Assembly (NCBI GenBank): GCA_017617545.1
Contig: JAFZVZ010000006.1
Coordinates: forward strand, 5,918-69,917
Direction of reading: 5' to 3'
Source of the DNA: Lachnospiraceae bacterium
GTDB taxonomy: Bacteria > Bacillota > Clostridia > Lachnospirales > Lachnospiraceae
DNA: 64,000 nucleotides
The notes beneath the pieces are model-generated. The model was not told the DNA's origin and ran no database searches. It was given only the letters and a program-made list of their open reading frames with translations. Below are positions 49,233-59,571 of the stretch, in pieces (positions within the stretch are counted from its first letter, which is position 1; each line of letters starts with the position of its first letter). A program made the translations under genes and the position numbers.

Positions 49233-50147
49233 TCAGTGAAACGTCGACTCCGGATACACACCGGCCGCGATCAGCTCGCGGATGCACTTCATGAAGATCG
49301 GCTTGTCCTCCGCGTACGTCACTCCGAACCAGCGGTCTCCGGTCGGGAGAACAGCAACCTTCGCGACGCCCTCGTCGATCATCGAACCGACAACACTCGG
49401 GAGCAGGAACTCGGACTTGAGAGGATTTTCCGAAGCCTCATTGTCAAGAAAGGCTTTGAAGTAGCTCTCCAGCTGAGGAAGGAAATCCGGCGTGAAGCCC
49501 CAGAAGTTCATCGACACCGTCGAATTCGGGTCGATCTCCACAGGCGTGCCGTCCTCCTTGCGTCCGGCGACAATATCGCCCTCACGGCGAAGGTCGAACA
49601 TCTCCTCAACACCCGTGAGGCAGCCGTCCTCCACAACGCATGCGCCGCGCGTCACCTTGCCGTTGTCGCTCAGCGTGTTGCCGAGCACGAAGCCCGCCAT
49701 GCAGTACTGTCCCTTGCTGTCCGCGGGAAGACTCACAAGATAGTCATGAAGCGCACGGAACGCCTCCTTGCCGTAGTAGTCGTCCGCGTTGATGACGAGG
49801 AACGGATCGTTGATCTTGCCGAGGCAGGAGAGGATCGCGTGACCCGTGCCCCACGGCTTGCCGCGTCCCTCCGGAACGCTGTAGCCCTCGGGAATATTCT
49901 CAAGCTCCTGGTACACGTACGTCACCGGGATATACTGCTCAATGCGATCTCCGATCGCCTTGCGGAACGCCTCCTCAATGTCGCGGCGGATGATGAACAC
50001 GACCTTGTCAAATCCGGCCTCCTTCGCCGCGTAAATCGAGTAATCCATGATGATCTCGCCGCTCGGACCGACCTCCGCGAGCTGCTTGATCCCTGCTCCG
50101 AACCGGCTTCCCATGCCGGCCGCCATAATAACCAATGCTGTTTCCAT
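49233..50147 (-). CDS. Sugar-phosphate nucleotidyltransferase family protein
   Basis: N-terminal LVIMAAGMGSRFG...KQL signature of the NTP_transferase fold. Start ATG 50147 (GAAAGGAG RBS). Confidence 0.75.
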   Translation of the reverse strand: METALVIMAAGMGSRFGAGIKQLAEVGPSGEIIMDYSIYAAKEAGFDKVVFIIRRDIEEAFRKAIGDRIEQYIPVTYVYQELENIPEGYSVPEGRGKPWGTGHAILSCLGKINDPFLVINADDYYGKEAFRALHDYLVSLPADSKGQYCMAGFVLGNTLSDNGKVTRGACVVEDGCLTGVEEMFDLRREGDIVAGRKEDGTPVEIDPNSTVSMNFWGFTPDFLPQLESYFKAFLDNEASENPLKSEFLLPSVVGSMIDEGVAKVAVLPTGDRWFGVTYAEDKPIFMKCIRELIAAGVYPESTFH

Positions 50148-50218
50148 AATCTCCTTTCCGCGCTTTGACGCCCTCTTCCCGCGTCTGCTGCTTCGCCTCA
50201 TATTATCCGAATGTGTTT

Positions 50219-52468
50219 TCACAGTTTCTTATGCTCCTGTATGCATCTCCGAAGCCCCGTGTACCGCTTCTGCTCCTCCACGTTGTCGATCATGCTGCGC
50301 ATTGCCGCCTCGTCGCCTAAGATCAGCACGCAGTTGACCGCACGCGTCACGCCGGTGTAGAGGAGGTTTCGGTTCATCAGCATCTTCGGTCCCCGAAGGA
50401 TCGGGATCACAACCGCGGGATACTCGCTTCCCTGCGCCTTGTGGATCGTCACTGCGTAGGCGTGCTCGAGATCCTCGAGCAGCTCAAAATCGTAGTACAC
50501 AAGCTTGTTGTCGTCAAAGACGATCTCCATCTGCTTGGAAAATTCATTGATTTCCCGGATGACACCGATATCGCCGTTGAAGATGCCCTCGCCGCTGTCG
50601 ATCAGCGTGTTGCGCTCGCTGCGGACTTCCCACTCCAGCTTGTAGTTGTTGCGCGTCTGCATCACCTTGTCACCGACGCGGAATATAATGCCCCTCGACT
50701 CGTACTGTGCCTTCTCGTCCGACGGCGGATTGAGCGCCTCCTGGAGAAGGACGTTCAGCCCGGTCACACCGAGTTCGCCCTTGCGCATCGGTGTCAGCAC
50801 CTGGATGTCCAGCGGCGAAACGCCGATGTACGCGGGAAGCTTTTCCTTCACCAGCTGAACGAGATAGTCGCGGATCACATGCGGGTTCATCCGATGCACG
50901 AAGAAGAAATCCTTGCTCTTCTTGTGCACGTCCGGGTACTCGCCCCGGTTGATCATGTGCGCGTTTACAACGATGTCACTCGCCTCCGCCTGGCGGAAGA
51001 TCTTCTCGAGCCGTATCACGGAAAATGCCCCGCTCTCCATGATGTCCCGAAGCACGTTGCCAGGCCCGACGCTGGGCAGCTGGTTCGCGTCACCGACCAG
51101 GATCAGCGACGTGAGCCCCGGCACGATCGCCTTGAGAAGCGAGTGCATCAGGTGCATGTCGACCATGGAGACCTCGTCGATGATCACGACGTCCGCCTCG
51201 AGAGGATACTCCTCGTTCCGGCGGAACCGCGGGATACCCGCCTCGCCGGATTCGTCCATGTTCGTGACTTCCAGCAATCGATGGATCGTCACGGCGTTGT
51301 GTCCTGTCGTCTCGGTCATCCGCTTGGCCGCGCGCCCGGTGGGGGCAGCCAGCACGACATCGCGCCCGAGCATTTCACACACGCGGATGATCGTGTTGAT
51401 CGTTGTAGTCTTACCGGTACCGGGACCGCCGGTCAGCACGAACACGCCGTGCTCCACGGCCTCGCGGACCGCGTTGCGCTGGATGTCGTCGAGCTCGATC
51501 TCCTCGCTCGTCTCCGCTTTCTCCACGTACCGCTCGATACCCGCCACGACCCGGCGTCCGCCTTCGTCGATATCCAGAAGCATACGCGCTGTCGCCAGCT
51601 CCGTATGATAGTACACGGACAGATAGATCTGTTCCCGCTCCGCCCCGTCCTCGTCGATCACCGTGACGGTGCGAAGCCGCTGCTCGATGATCAGCATCGT
51701 AAGGGTGCGGTCAAAGGAATCGAGGTCCATCTCCGGAATGAATTCCCTCGCGTGGTTAAACAGGGATTCCCTGGGCAGGAACGCATGCCCCGCCTGGCTT
51801 CCCAATCGCATCACGTGCATAAGGCACGCGCGGAAGCGCTGGTCCGAATACTCCAGTCCGCCGATCCGCTGCGCGATCTCGTCGGATCTCCGGAAACCGA
51901 ACCCCGGAATGTCCTCGGCGAGCCGGTACGGATTGCTTCCTACGATCTGCTCCGTCTCCTCGCCGTATTTCTTGTATATCTTAAGTCCCTGATTCAGATT
52001 GATCCCGACCTGCAGCAGATACATGACGACACGCCGCATGTTCTGCTTTTCCATGAACTGCTCGTGTACGGACTGCGCGATCCGCATGCTGACGCCTCGG
52101 ATCTCCGCCAGGCTCTCCGGCTCGCGCTCAATGATCCGGAACGTATCCTCGCCGAACTTGGCCACGATCTTCATCGCGGTCGGCATGCCGATGCCCTTGA
52201 TCGCGCCGGAGCCGAGGTACCGCTCCATCGAATCGGTGTCCGTCGGCTGTACGATCTCGTAGCTCTCGACCTGCAGCTGCTTGCCGTACATGGAATGTCT
52301 CGTGAGTTCACCGCGAACCCGAATATACTCCCCTTCCTCAAGAAAAGGGAAGCTTCCCACGCAAGTGAGTTCTTCCCCCGGCTTCTCCCCGGAAAGCGAC
52401 AGTACGGTAAAACCGGAATCCGGACTGTGGAACCGTATGTGCTCCACATAGCCTTCCCGTTCTTCCAT
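50219..52468 (-). CDS. recD2: RecD2-type SF1 ATP-dependent DNA helicase
   Basis: N-terminal OB/HhH region, Walker A LTGGPGTGKTT, DEVSMVD, and C-terminal AVTIHKAQGSEYP. Confidence 0.9.
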   Translation of the reverse strand: MEEREGYVEHIRFHSPDSGFTVLSLSGEKPGEELTCVGSFPFLEEGEYIRVRGELTRHSMYGKQLQVESYEIVQPTDTDSMERYLGSGAIKGIGMPTAMKIVAKFGEDTFRIIEREPESLAEIRGVSMRIAQSVHEQFMEKQNMRRVVMYLLQVGINLNQGLKIYKKYGEETEQIVGSNPYRLAEDIPGFGFRRSDEIAQRIGGLEYSDQRFRACLMHVMRLGSQAGHAFLPRESLFNHAREFIPEMDLDSFDRTLTMLIIEQRLRTVTVIDEDGAEREQIYLSVYYHTELATARMLLDIDEGGRRVVAGIERYVEKAETSEEIELDDIQRNAVREAVEHGVFVLTGGPGTGKTTTINTIIRVCEMLGRDVVLAAPTGRAAKRMTETTGHNAVTIHRLLEVTNMDESGEAGIPRFRRNEEYPLEADVVIIDEVSMVDMHLMHSLLKAIVPGLTSLILVGDANQLPSVGPGNVLRDIMESGAFSVIRLEKIFRQAEASDIVVNAHMINRGEYPDVHKKSKDFFFVHRMNPHVIRDYLVQLVKEKLPAYIGVSPLDIQVLTPMRKGELGVTGLNVLLQEALNPPSDEKAQYESRGIIFRVGDKVMQTRNNYKLEWEVRSERNTLIDSGEGIFNGDIGVIREINEFSKQMEIVFDDNKLVYYDFELLEDLEHAYAVTIHKAQGSEYPAVVIPILRGPKMLMNRNLLYTGVTRAVNCVLILGDEAAMRSMIDNVEEQKRYTGLRRCIQEHKKL

Positions 52469-52515
52469 CTCCCGTCTCCTCTTTCTTATGTCTCCGCGTC
52501 TAATACGGAAAATGC

Positions 52516-53517
52516 TTACTTCTTCTTCGTCGTTCTTCCGCCCATCTCGATGTACTTGCCGGTTCCCATCGCAACGCAGCGCATGGGATTCTCAGCCGTC
52601 ATCGTGTGGATGCCGGTTCTCTCCTCGATCAGATCCTCCAGACCGTACAGAAGAGCTCCGCCGCCGGTCAGAACGATGCCGCGGTTGGCAATGTCCGCCG
52701 CAAGCTCGGGAGGTGTCAGCTCAAGCGCGTCATGGATCGCGTTGATGATCTGTGCCGTAGGCTCGCGGAGAGCCTCCTCCGTCTCCTCCGAGGTGAGGGA
52801 GATCGTCTTCGGAAGACCGGTCACGAGGTTACGTCCGCGGACTTCCATCGAGAGCGTCTCAGGTCTCGCGTAGCACGCGCCGATCTTGATCTTGATCTCC
52901 TCGGCTGTGCGCTCACCGATCATGAGGTTATGCTTCTTGCGCATGTATTTGACGATCGCTTCATCGAAATCGTCGCCCGCGACCTTGACCGAGGTGCTGA
53001 CTACAGCACCGCCGAGGGAAGTCACGGCGATATCCGTCGTGCCACCGCCGATGTCGACGACCATGTTGCCGCACGGCTTGCTGATGTCAATGCCGGCGCC
53101 GATGGCTGCCGCGATCGGTTCCTCGATGATGCGCACCGTGCGGGCGCCCGCCTCGTAGGTGGCGTCCTCAACCGCGCGCTTCTCAACCTCCGTCGCGCTG
53201 CTGGGAACGCAGACGCAGACGTTGGGCTTGCGGAAACGTCTTCTTCCGATGGATTTCTGGATAAAATACTTGATCATTCGCTCCGTGACGGAGTAGTCCG
53301 AGATAACGCCCTGCTTCAGAGGCCGGACGGCGACAATGTTGCCGGGTGTACGTCCGAGCATCTGGCGAGCCTCCTCGCCGATGGCCTTGATCCTCGACGT
53401 GTCGCGGCTGTACGCCACAACGGAGGGCTCTTCGAGCACGACTCCCTTGCCCTTGATGTAGATGAGCACGTTGGCCGTGCCCAGATCGATTCCGAGTTCT
53501 GTATGTAATCCAAACAT
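52516..53517 (-). CDS. mreB: Rod-shape determining actin homolog MreB/Mbl
   Basis: GIDLGTANVLIY, VVDIGGGTTDIAV, GIVLTGGGALL. Confidence 0.95.
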   Translation of the reverse strand: MFGLHTELGIDLGTANVLIYIKGKGVVLEEPSVVAYSRDTSRIKAIGEEARQMLGRTPGNIVAVRPLKQGVISDYSVTERMIKYFIQKSIGRRRFRKPNVCVCVPSSATEVEKRAVEDATYEAGARTVRIIEEPIAAAIGAGIDISKPCGNMVVDIGGGTTDIAVTSLGGAVVSTSVKVAGDDFDEAIVKYMRKKHNLMIGERTAEEIKIKIGACYARPETLSMEVRGRNLVTGLPKTISLTSEETEEALREPTAQIINAIHDALELTPPELAADIANRGIVLTGGGALLYGLEDLIEERTGIHTMTAENPMRCVAMGTGKYIEMGGRTTKKK

Positions 53518-53628
53518 AGGTTAATTCCTTCCGTACGACAGGGCAATCCTCCCTGTCACAGGCAGCTTACGCCGCGCTGCACGGCTTTCCTCCGTGCCTT
53601 GTAAGTATATCATAGCAAAGGCACGTTT

Positions 53629-54753
53629 TCAAGACAACGTCTTCAGATACTCCATGAAGTTCTGCTTGTTCTCCAAAGCGGTCGTCGTGGGTCTTCCGAG
53701 ATCATCACGCGCGCCGATGCTGCATTTGACCTCGATCAGGGACAGCCCGTCGCGGTTTTTCGCGTTCTCAAGCTCGCGGTCGAGCGCCTCGAAGCTGTCG
53801 ACGCACACGGCGTTGGGGTATCCGCAGGCCGTCGCGATCGCCACCAGGTCGATGTTGCCGGCCACGGTCGGCATTCCGCCCACCGTCTCATGCGCCCCGT
53901 TGTTGATGACCACGTGGATCAGGTTCTTCGGCTTGTAGCTTCCGAGCACGGCCATCGAACCCATGTGCATGAGCACCGCGCCGTCACCGTCGATGCACCA
54001 CACCCTCGTGCCCGGCTTGTTGATCGCAACGCCGAGCGCGATGGAGGAGCTGTGACCCATGGAGCCGACCGTCAGGAAATCATACTTGTGGCTCTGGCCG
54101 TTGGCGACTCTCGTCTCGAACAGCTCTCGGCTCGCCTTGCCCGTCGTCGACACGATGGGATCCTCCCCGGATGCCTTGACGATATGCTTGATGATCTCCT
54201 CACGCACCATCGTGTTCTCATTGCGGTACACGACCTTCGGGGCATCCGTCAGCGCGCCCTTTCGGATCACGAAGGCCACGTCCTTTCCCGAGGACAGGAC
54301 CTCGCGGAAGTCCTTCATTTTCCGCTCGACCTCCTCGTCGGTCGTCTCCGGTCCGATGATGCAAGCGGCGATCCCCATGTCCTCGAGAAGCTTCACCGTC
54401 ACCTCGCCCTGATAGATGTGCTGCGGCTCGTCATGAATGCCGGGCTCTCCGCGCCATCCGACGATAAATACGACCGGGATCGCGTACACCTTGTCGTTCA
54501 GAAGGCTGGCCACCGGATTGATGATGTTGCCCTCCCCGGAGTTCTGCATGTACACAACAGGCACCTTGCCGGTCGCGAGATGGTACCCCGCAGCCAGAGC
54601 GGTACAGTTGCCCTCGTTCGCGGCGATCACATGATGCTTCTCATCGATCCCGTACCTGTCCATCAGGTAGTTGCACAGCGCCTTCAACTGGCTGTCCGGC
54701 ACTCCCGTATAAAACTCAGATCCGATGATCTCGACCAATCGTTCTACTTTCAT
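53629..54753 (-). CDS. aepY: Phosphonopyruvate decarboxylase
   Basis: ThDP enzyme with GDGAVLMHMG...NNGAHE. N-terminus ...FYTGVPDSQLKALC is typical of Ppd. Adjacent to the PEP mutase gene. Confidence 0.85.
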   Translation of the reverse strand: MKVERLVEIIGSEFYTGVPDSQLKALCNYLMDRYGIDEKHHVIAANEGNCTALAAGYHLATGKVPVVYMQNSGEGNIINPVASLLNDKVYAIPVVFIVGWRGEPGIHDEPQHIYQGEVTVKLLEDMGIAACIIGPETTDEEVERKMKDFREVLSSGKDVAFVIRKGALTDAPKVVYRNENTMVREEIIKHIVKASGEDPIVSTTGKASRELFETRVANGQSHKYDFLTVGSMGHSSSIALGVAINKPGTRVWCIDGDGAVLMHMGSMAVLGSYKPKNLIHVVINNGAHETVGGMPTVAGNIDLVAIATACGYPNAVCVDSFEALDRELENAKNRDGLSLIEVKCSIGARDDLGRPTTTALENKQNFMEYLKTLS

Positions 54754-54763
54754 TCGTTCCTCC

Positions 54764-56059
54764 TTACAGCTCGTCGATCAGCGTGATGATCTGCTTGATC
54801 GGCATCAGTCTGTCGTCGACTTCCTTGGCTCTGTGGTATCGTAAAATGTCCTCCGCCGTCTTCTGCATCGCGGGGAACGCGGCTCTCGTCAACTGGTTGG
54901 CGTAGATCACGATGTTCACGCCGTGAGACGCAAGCTCATCCTCCGTGATCGTGTTGAAACTGCTCGGCACGACAACGATCGGCGTTGTCTTATCCTCCGC
55001 GCGGAACCGGTCACAGAACTCCGTGATCTCCGCGGGATCCTTCTTGCGGCTGTGGATCATGATGCCGTCGGCTCCGGCTTTGACAAAGGCAAATGCTCTC
55101 TCAAGGGCGTCCTCCATGCCGCGCTCCAGGATCAGGCTCTCGATCCGGGCGATGATCATGAAATCGTCCGTAAGCTGCGCCTTCTTGCCCGCCGCGATCT
55201 TGGCGCTCATCTCCTCGATCGTGGCCTGCGTCTGCTCCACCTCCGTGCCGAACAAACTGTTCTTCTTGAGGCCCTTCTTGTCCTCGATGATCACGGCGCT
55301 TACGCCCATCCGCTCCAGTGAGCGCACGGTATACACGAAGTGCTCGGTCAGTCCGCCGGTATCTCCGTCGAAAATGATGGGCTTCGTCGTGACTTCCATG
55401 ATGTCATCGATGGTGCGGAACCGCGACGTCATGTCGACAAGCTCGATGTCGGGCTTGCCCTTCGCGGTGCTGTCGCACAGAGAGCTGACCCACATGGCGT
55501 CGAACTGGTCAAGCCTTCCCTCGTGCTCCACCACGGTCTTCTCGACGATCAGTCCGGTCAGTCCGCTGTGAGCCTCCATCACCTTCACGATCGGTGTCAT
55601 GGAGATCAGCTGACGCAGTCTCCTGCGGCGGTACTCCGGCATTCCGAGCTTCTCCCGGAGCTGCAGGTCGATCTTCCGAACCGTCTCATTGTAGGTGTAA
55701 GGAATGTCAACAAGCTCGCCGCCGTACTGCGCGAGAAGCGCCTCCACATGGTCGCGGATCGCCTTCTCCGGGCCCTCCTTCCAGTTGTCCCCGTGGAGGA
55801 CGCAGTCCGGCTGGATCAGCGTGATCACGTCGTCGTACATCATGTCGTTCTGGATCACGACCTCCTCGACGCCGTCCAGGGACCGGTAGAGCCGGATCCT
55901 CTCCTCCTGGCTGATCGTCGGAAACTTGTTGTATCGGATGAGCGCCTCGTCGGACAGGCAGCCGACGATCACTCTTCCCCGTTTCTTCGCCTCCGCGATG
56001 ATGTTGAGATGACCCTCGTGGATCACATCCGTGCAGAAGCAGGTGTACACTGTTTTCAT
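54764..56059 (-). CDS. aepX: Phosphoenolpyruvate mutase with N-terminal cytidylyltransferase-like (HxGH) domain
   Basis: N-terminus CFCTDVIHEGHLNII (HIGH-type nucleotidyltransferase). C-terminal isocitrate-lyase-superfamily part has the PepM block IIEDKKGLKKNSLFG. Confidence 0.85.
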   Translation of the reverse strand: MKTVYTCFCTDVIHEGHLNIIAEAKKRGRVIVGCLSDEALIRYNKFPTISQEERIRLYRSLDGVEEVVIQNDMMYDDVITLIQPDCVLHGDNWKEGPEKAIRDHVEALLAQYGGELVDIPYTYNETVRKIDLQLREKLGMPEYRRRRLRQLISMTPIVKVMEAHSGLTGLIVEKTVVEHEGRLDQFDAMWVSSLCDSTAKGKPDIELVDMTSRFRTIDDIMEVTTKPIIFDGDTGGLTEHFVYTVRSLERMGVSAVIIEDKKGLKKNSLFGTEVEQTQATIEEMSAKIAAGKKAQLTDDFMIIARIESLILERGMEDALERAFAFVKAGADGIMIHSRKKDPAEITEFCDRFRAEDKTTPIVVVPSSFNTITEDELASHGVNIVIYANQLTRAAFPAMQKTAEDILRYHRAKEVDDRLMPIKQIITLIDEL

Positions 56060-56070
56060 CGAATTCCCCT

Positions 56071-57204
56071 TTATCTGTAGTATTTCACGGGCACGCTGAC
56101 GCCGGTCGTCTCAAGCGCCTCCCTGAACACCTTGAAGAAGTCCCTGATATCCGCCTCGTCGATCGCGCCGAGCGCGCAGAGACGGAACGTGTTGGTCGTG
56201 GAGATTTTGCCCGGATAGATCGTGAATCCTCGCTCGTAGCAGTAGTCGTGAACCTTCTCGAAGGACCAGTTCGGATCGTCCGGATAGATCGCAGAGGACA
56301 CAAGACCGGCTCTCCACTCGGGCTTGATCACCTGCTTGAAACCGAGCTCGTCAAGGCCTGCGTTGATCGCGTTGAACACGCGCGTGTGGCGTGCCCATTT
56401 TGCCTCCTCGCCCTCCGCCCAGTACTCCTTCAGCGCCTGGATCGTGGCGTAGATCGTCTGTACAGGCGGCGTAAAATGCATCTCGCCCGTCCGCTCAAAG
56501 AAGTCGTACTGCAGGTACAGGTTGCAGTAGTACGATCTCTTCGGAAAATCCTTGCTCTTCTCAAGGATGCTCCGGTTTCCCACGATGAAGCTTAAGCCCG
56601 TGAACGCCATCAGGCCCTTCTGCGCGGAAGCCATGCAGAAGTCGATGTTGTCCTCCTCGATGTTGATCGGCCGCATCGCGTAGGTGCTCGTGGTATCTAC
56701 GGTGAAGATCGCGCCGTAGCGGTGCGCGAGTGCTCCGATCTCACGGATCGGGTTCAGGATGCCCGTCCCGGTCTCATTGTGCGTCGTATGGATGAGCGCG
56801 ATGTCCGGATTTTCCTTGAGAACCTCCTCGACCTTCGCAAGGTCCGGTCGCCGGTCCACAGGGAACTGAAGGTCGATATGCGGAAGTCCGTAGTACTGAC
56901 AGATCTCAACCGCTCTCGTGCTGTACGCTCCGTTGTTGATGACGAGAACCTTCTTTCCCTCCGGAAGCAGGCTGTTGATCGCCACATCGATGTTGATGGT
57001 GCCCGATCCGCAGAACAGCACGGAGGTGTACTTATCAAGGTCGCCGTGTACAATCTTCACGAGATCCTCGCGGAGGCCCTTCATCAGCCCGCCGAACTCC
57101 TTCTCGCGGGGGCAGATATCCGGAACGACCTGCGCGTATTTGACGCTGTCGGTCGTGGTCGAAGGACCGGGGTTCAACAGTATATTTCTCTTAATCGGTT
57201 CCAT
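56071..57204 (-). CDS. phnW: 2-aminoethylphosphonate--pyruvate aminotransferase
   Basis: Class-V aminotransferase with PLP lysine in ASAQKGLM. PhnW-like N-terminus LLNPGPSTTTDSV. Sits in the pepM/ppd cluster. Confidence 0.85.
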   Translation of the reverse strand: MEPIKRNILLNPGPSTTTDSVKYAQVVPDICPREKEFGGLMKGLREDLVKIVHGDLDKYTSVLFCGSGTINIDVAINSLLPEGKKVLVINNGAYSTRAVEICQYYGLPHIDLQFPVDRRPDLAKVEEVLKENPDIALIHTTHNETGTGILNPIREIGALAHRYGAIFTVDTTSTYAMRPINIEEDNIDFCMASAQKGLMAFTGLSFIVGNRSILEKSKDFPKRSYYCNLYLQYDFFERTGEMHFTPPVQTIYATIQALKEYWAEGEEAKWARHTRVFNAINAGLDELGFKQVIKPEWRAGLVSSAIYPDDPNWSFEKVHDYCYERGFTIYPGKISTTNTFRLCALGAIDEADIRDFFKVFREALETTGVSVPVKYYR

Positions 57205-57228
57205 GGTTGGTCTCCTTCCTCATTTTCC

Positions 57229-58125
57229 TCAAACATCGTAAGTCTTGTCGATCGCCTTCAGCTCCTTGAAAGTGTCGATCTCCACGATGTCATCCTCAAA
57301 GCATTCCCTTACCTCGACCGCGTAGTGGTCCTTGCGGTACACAAGCGGCACCTGCTCCCAGTAGCGCTCCTTGCCGCCCGGGGACGCGTACACGTCGGCG
57401 ATGTCTCCGCTCAGCTTCTGACCGTCGGCCTCGTTCCAATAGGAAATGCCGACCATCTGCCAGATGTTGTCGCCCTCCCCTCCGACCTTCTCCTCGACGA
57501 TGACACCGTCCCTGACCTTGAAGCACCAGTCGTCGGTCCGGTCCTTCTTGATCGCCAGGAAATCGGAGGTGTAGTGGTACTTGCAGATGATCTTCGGATT
57601 GCTGATCAGCAGGTCCGCCTCGAAGACGTAGGCGCCCGCTAACAGGGACCTTGCGACGAGGGAGGAACTGATGTTGTTGGCCTCGTTGTATACGGGGTTC
57701 TCGAGGAACTTGATCATCGGATACTTGTACAGAAGCTGGTCAAACAGCTCCGCCAGATACCCTCGCACCACATAGATTTCCTCGATCCCGGCCTCAAGAC
57801 AGGCGTCGATCAGACGGTCGATGATGCGCACCCCGTGAACGCGCACCAGGGGCTTGGGGGTGTTGAGGGTGATCGGAACAAGGCGTGTGCCGAAGCCCGC
57901 GGCGATGAAGATCGCCCTCTTGGCGCGGTAAGGCTCCAGCGCCGCAAGACCGTCTCCGGTGATGGTACCGTCGGAGACCAGTCCGGCCTCGATGAGTTCC
58001 TTGATGGTCCGGTTGATCGTTCCGAGCGAGTAGCCGGTCGCTTTCTCCAGCTCCCGCTGCTTCAGTGTCGCTCCGGCCTCCGCCAGCGCGACGAGTATGT
58101 CAAACTGTTTTCTCGTAAGTTTCAT
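57229..58125 (-). CDS. Winged-HTH fused to a LicC/PntC-type nucleotidyltransferase (candidate AEP cytidylyltransferase)
   Basis: MarR-like N-terminus MKLTRKQFDILVALAEAGATLKQRELEKATGYSLGTINRTIKEL, then IFIAAGFGTRLVPITLNTPKPLV. Start ATG 58125 (AAAGGAA RBS). Confidence 0.75.
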   Translation of the reverse strand: MKLTRKQFDILVALAEAGATLKQRELEKATGYSLGTINRTIKELIEAGLVSDGTITGDGLAALEPYRAKRAIFIAAGFGTRLVPITLNTPKPLVRVHGVRIIDRLIDACLEAGIEEIYVVRGYLAELFDQLLYKYPMIKFLENPVYNEANNISSSLVARSLLAGAYVFEADLLISNPKIICKYHYTSDFLAIKKDRTDDWCFKVRDGVIVEEKVGGEGDNIWQMVGISYWNEADGQKLSGDIADVYASPGGKERYWEQVPLVYRKDHYAVEVRECFEDDIVEIDTFKELKAIDKTYDV

Positions 58126-58159
58126 AAGCCGATTCCTTTCTACGGCAAACCGCTTCTCC

Positions 58160-58187
58160 ATTATAGCAGATTTGTTCCAAACGGCAA
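58160..58187 (-). promoter_or_regulatory. Putative sigma-A promoter of the AEP biosynthesis genes
   Basis: Minus strand reads TTGCCG, 16 nt ending TGc, then TATAAT, about 35 nt upstream of ATG 58125. Confidence 0.5.
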
Positions 58188-58313
58188 CCTGTGGCGCGAA
58201 AAATGAACAAAATTTTATAATTTGTCCGCCAAAAGCAAGAAAAAAGTAGCCTGCTTCATCGAAAAGCCGGGCTGCTTTGGAACAGGTTCATTTTCCGTAA
58301 TATGTCAAAAGGT

Positions 58314-59504
58314 CTACGTCTCTGCGTCGCTGATGCCGGCGGATACCGCCTCAGTAATGATCTCAGCTGCCTCGTCGGAATCCTCGGACACCGCCTCGAT
58401 GACGGTCTCAGCCTCCGCCTCAACGGCAGCCGCGGTATCGGCTGTCGGCTCGGTCTTGCGGAACTTGAGCGTGGCGCTTTTTACGAGGACGATAAGGCCG
58501 CAGAGCAAAATGCAGATGTAGAAGGACGTTGCTCGCGCCAGCAGCTCCAGGTTCGCCGACTGCTGCTCGGTCATCATCGAGGAAAAGCCGTCGATCATCA
58601 GGTAATCGGTCACACCCATGGAACCCGGGATCGGGATGCAGCAGGAACCGATCACGACGTCGGACTGCATCGCGAACAGCTTCGGCGCCAGTTTCAGGGA
58701 GCCGCCGCCCGCCAGGAAGCAGAACACCGTCACCATGATCTGGCTCACGCGATGGGCCATGTTCAGAAGCAGCGTCTTCACCATCAGACCGCGGTGTCCC
58801 TTCAGCATCTCCGTAGCCTGCTCATACTGCTCCATCGTAGCCTTAAGTTTGGCTTCCTTCTCGTCCAATTTGCGCACGAGATGAAGCTTGGCCAGCACCC
58901 GCAGACCCCACCGCAGGATGCCGTAGATCATGCCCTTGTTCCACAAAAGCATGCCGTAGAAGATCGCCAGAGCGACCTGGATGACCGCGCCTACGCCGAT
59001 GAAGATCCGCCCCGTGACGCTGAACGACATGAACGCTCCCGGCGCGAGAATGAGGCACACCAGACCGATGATCACGATGCAAAGTGTATAGAAAAACAGG
59101 TAGGTCAGCATGATCACGGTGGACATGATCACCGGCACGCCATCCTTGACCATGAAGTACGCCTCCATGGGCTGTCCGCCGGTAGCGGAAGGCGTGATCG
59201 CCGAAAAATAAATATCCGCCGCGGCGTAGGAAATGCAGTTGGCCGCGCTCTTCGGGTAGCGGAAGCCGCGCAGCAGGCACCGCACACGCATCGCGTCGAA
59301 CGCGATGTACGCGAGCATGGCCAGAAACGCTGCCGTCAGCCACCACGGATTGCTGTATTTGACATACTCCACGAATTTCTTCGGCGAGAAACCCTTGGAT
59401 TGACTTGTCACCGCCCAGACCGACATTGCGGCAAGCACCAGGAACAACAGGCTCCAGAAGATCCGCTTGCTCTTGCCTTCGGGCTGATCGATCGTTGTTT
59501 TCAT
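58314..59504 (-). CDS. Flippase-like membrane protein (MprF transmembrane-region/UPF0104 family)
   Basis: 8 or more TMs. Segments AFDAMRVRCLLRGF...YAAADIYFSAITPSATGGQPME are typical of the lysyl-PG synthase TM domain. ATG 59504 preferred (AAGGAG 5 nt upstream). Acidic tail encoded at the gene's 3' end. Confidence 0.65.
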   Translation of the reverse strand: MKTTIDQPEGKSKRIFWSLLFLVLAAMSVWAVTSQSKGFSPKKFVEYVKYSNPWWLTAAFLAMLAYIAFDAMRVRCLLRGFRYPKSAANCISYAAADIYFSAITPSATGGQPMEAYFMVKDGVPVIMSTVIMLTYLFFYTLCIVIIGLVCLILAPGAFMSFSVTGRIFIGVGAVIQVALAIFYGMLLWNKGMIYGILRWGLRVLAKLHLVRKLDEKEAKLKATMEQYEQATEMLKGHRGLMVKTLLLNMAHRVSQIMVTVFCFLAGGGSLKLAPKLFAMQSDVVIGSCCIPIPGSMGVTDYLMIDGFSSMMTEQQSANLELLARATSFYICILLCGLIVLVKSATLKFRKTEPTADTAAAVEAEAETVIEAVSEDSDEAAEIITEAVSAGISDAET

Positions 59505-59571
59505 GGACACTCCTTGAATGGAAAATGATGGGATGATCGCTCAACAGTCCCGCCGAAACGGCTGGGATCCG

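Noticed and set aside
50441-52873. 810-aa plus-strand ORF opposite recD2/mreB
   Set aside because: Same reasoning. It is R/L/H/D-rich with no RBS and no motifs, and the opposite strand carries clear helicase and MreB signatures.
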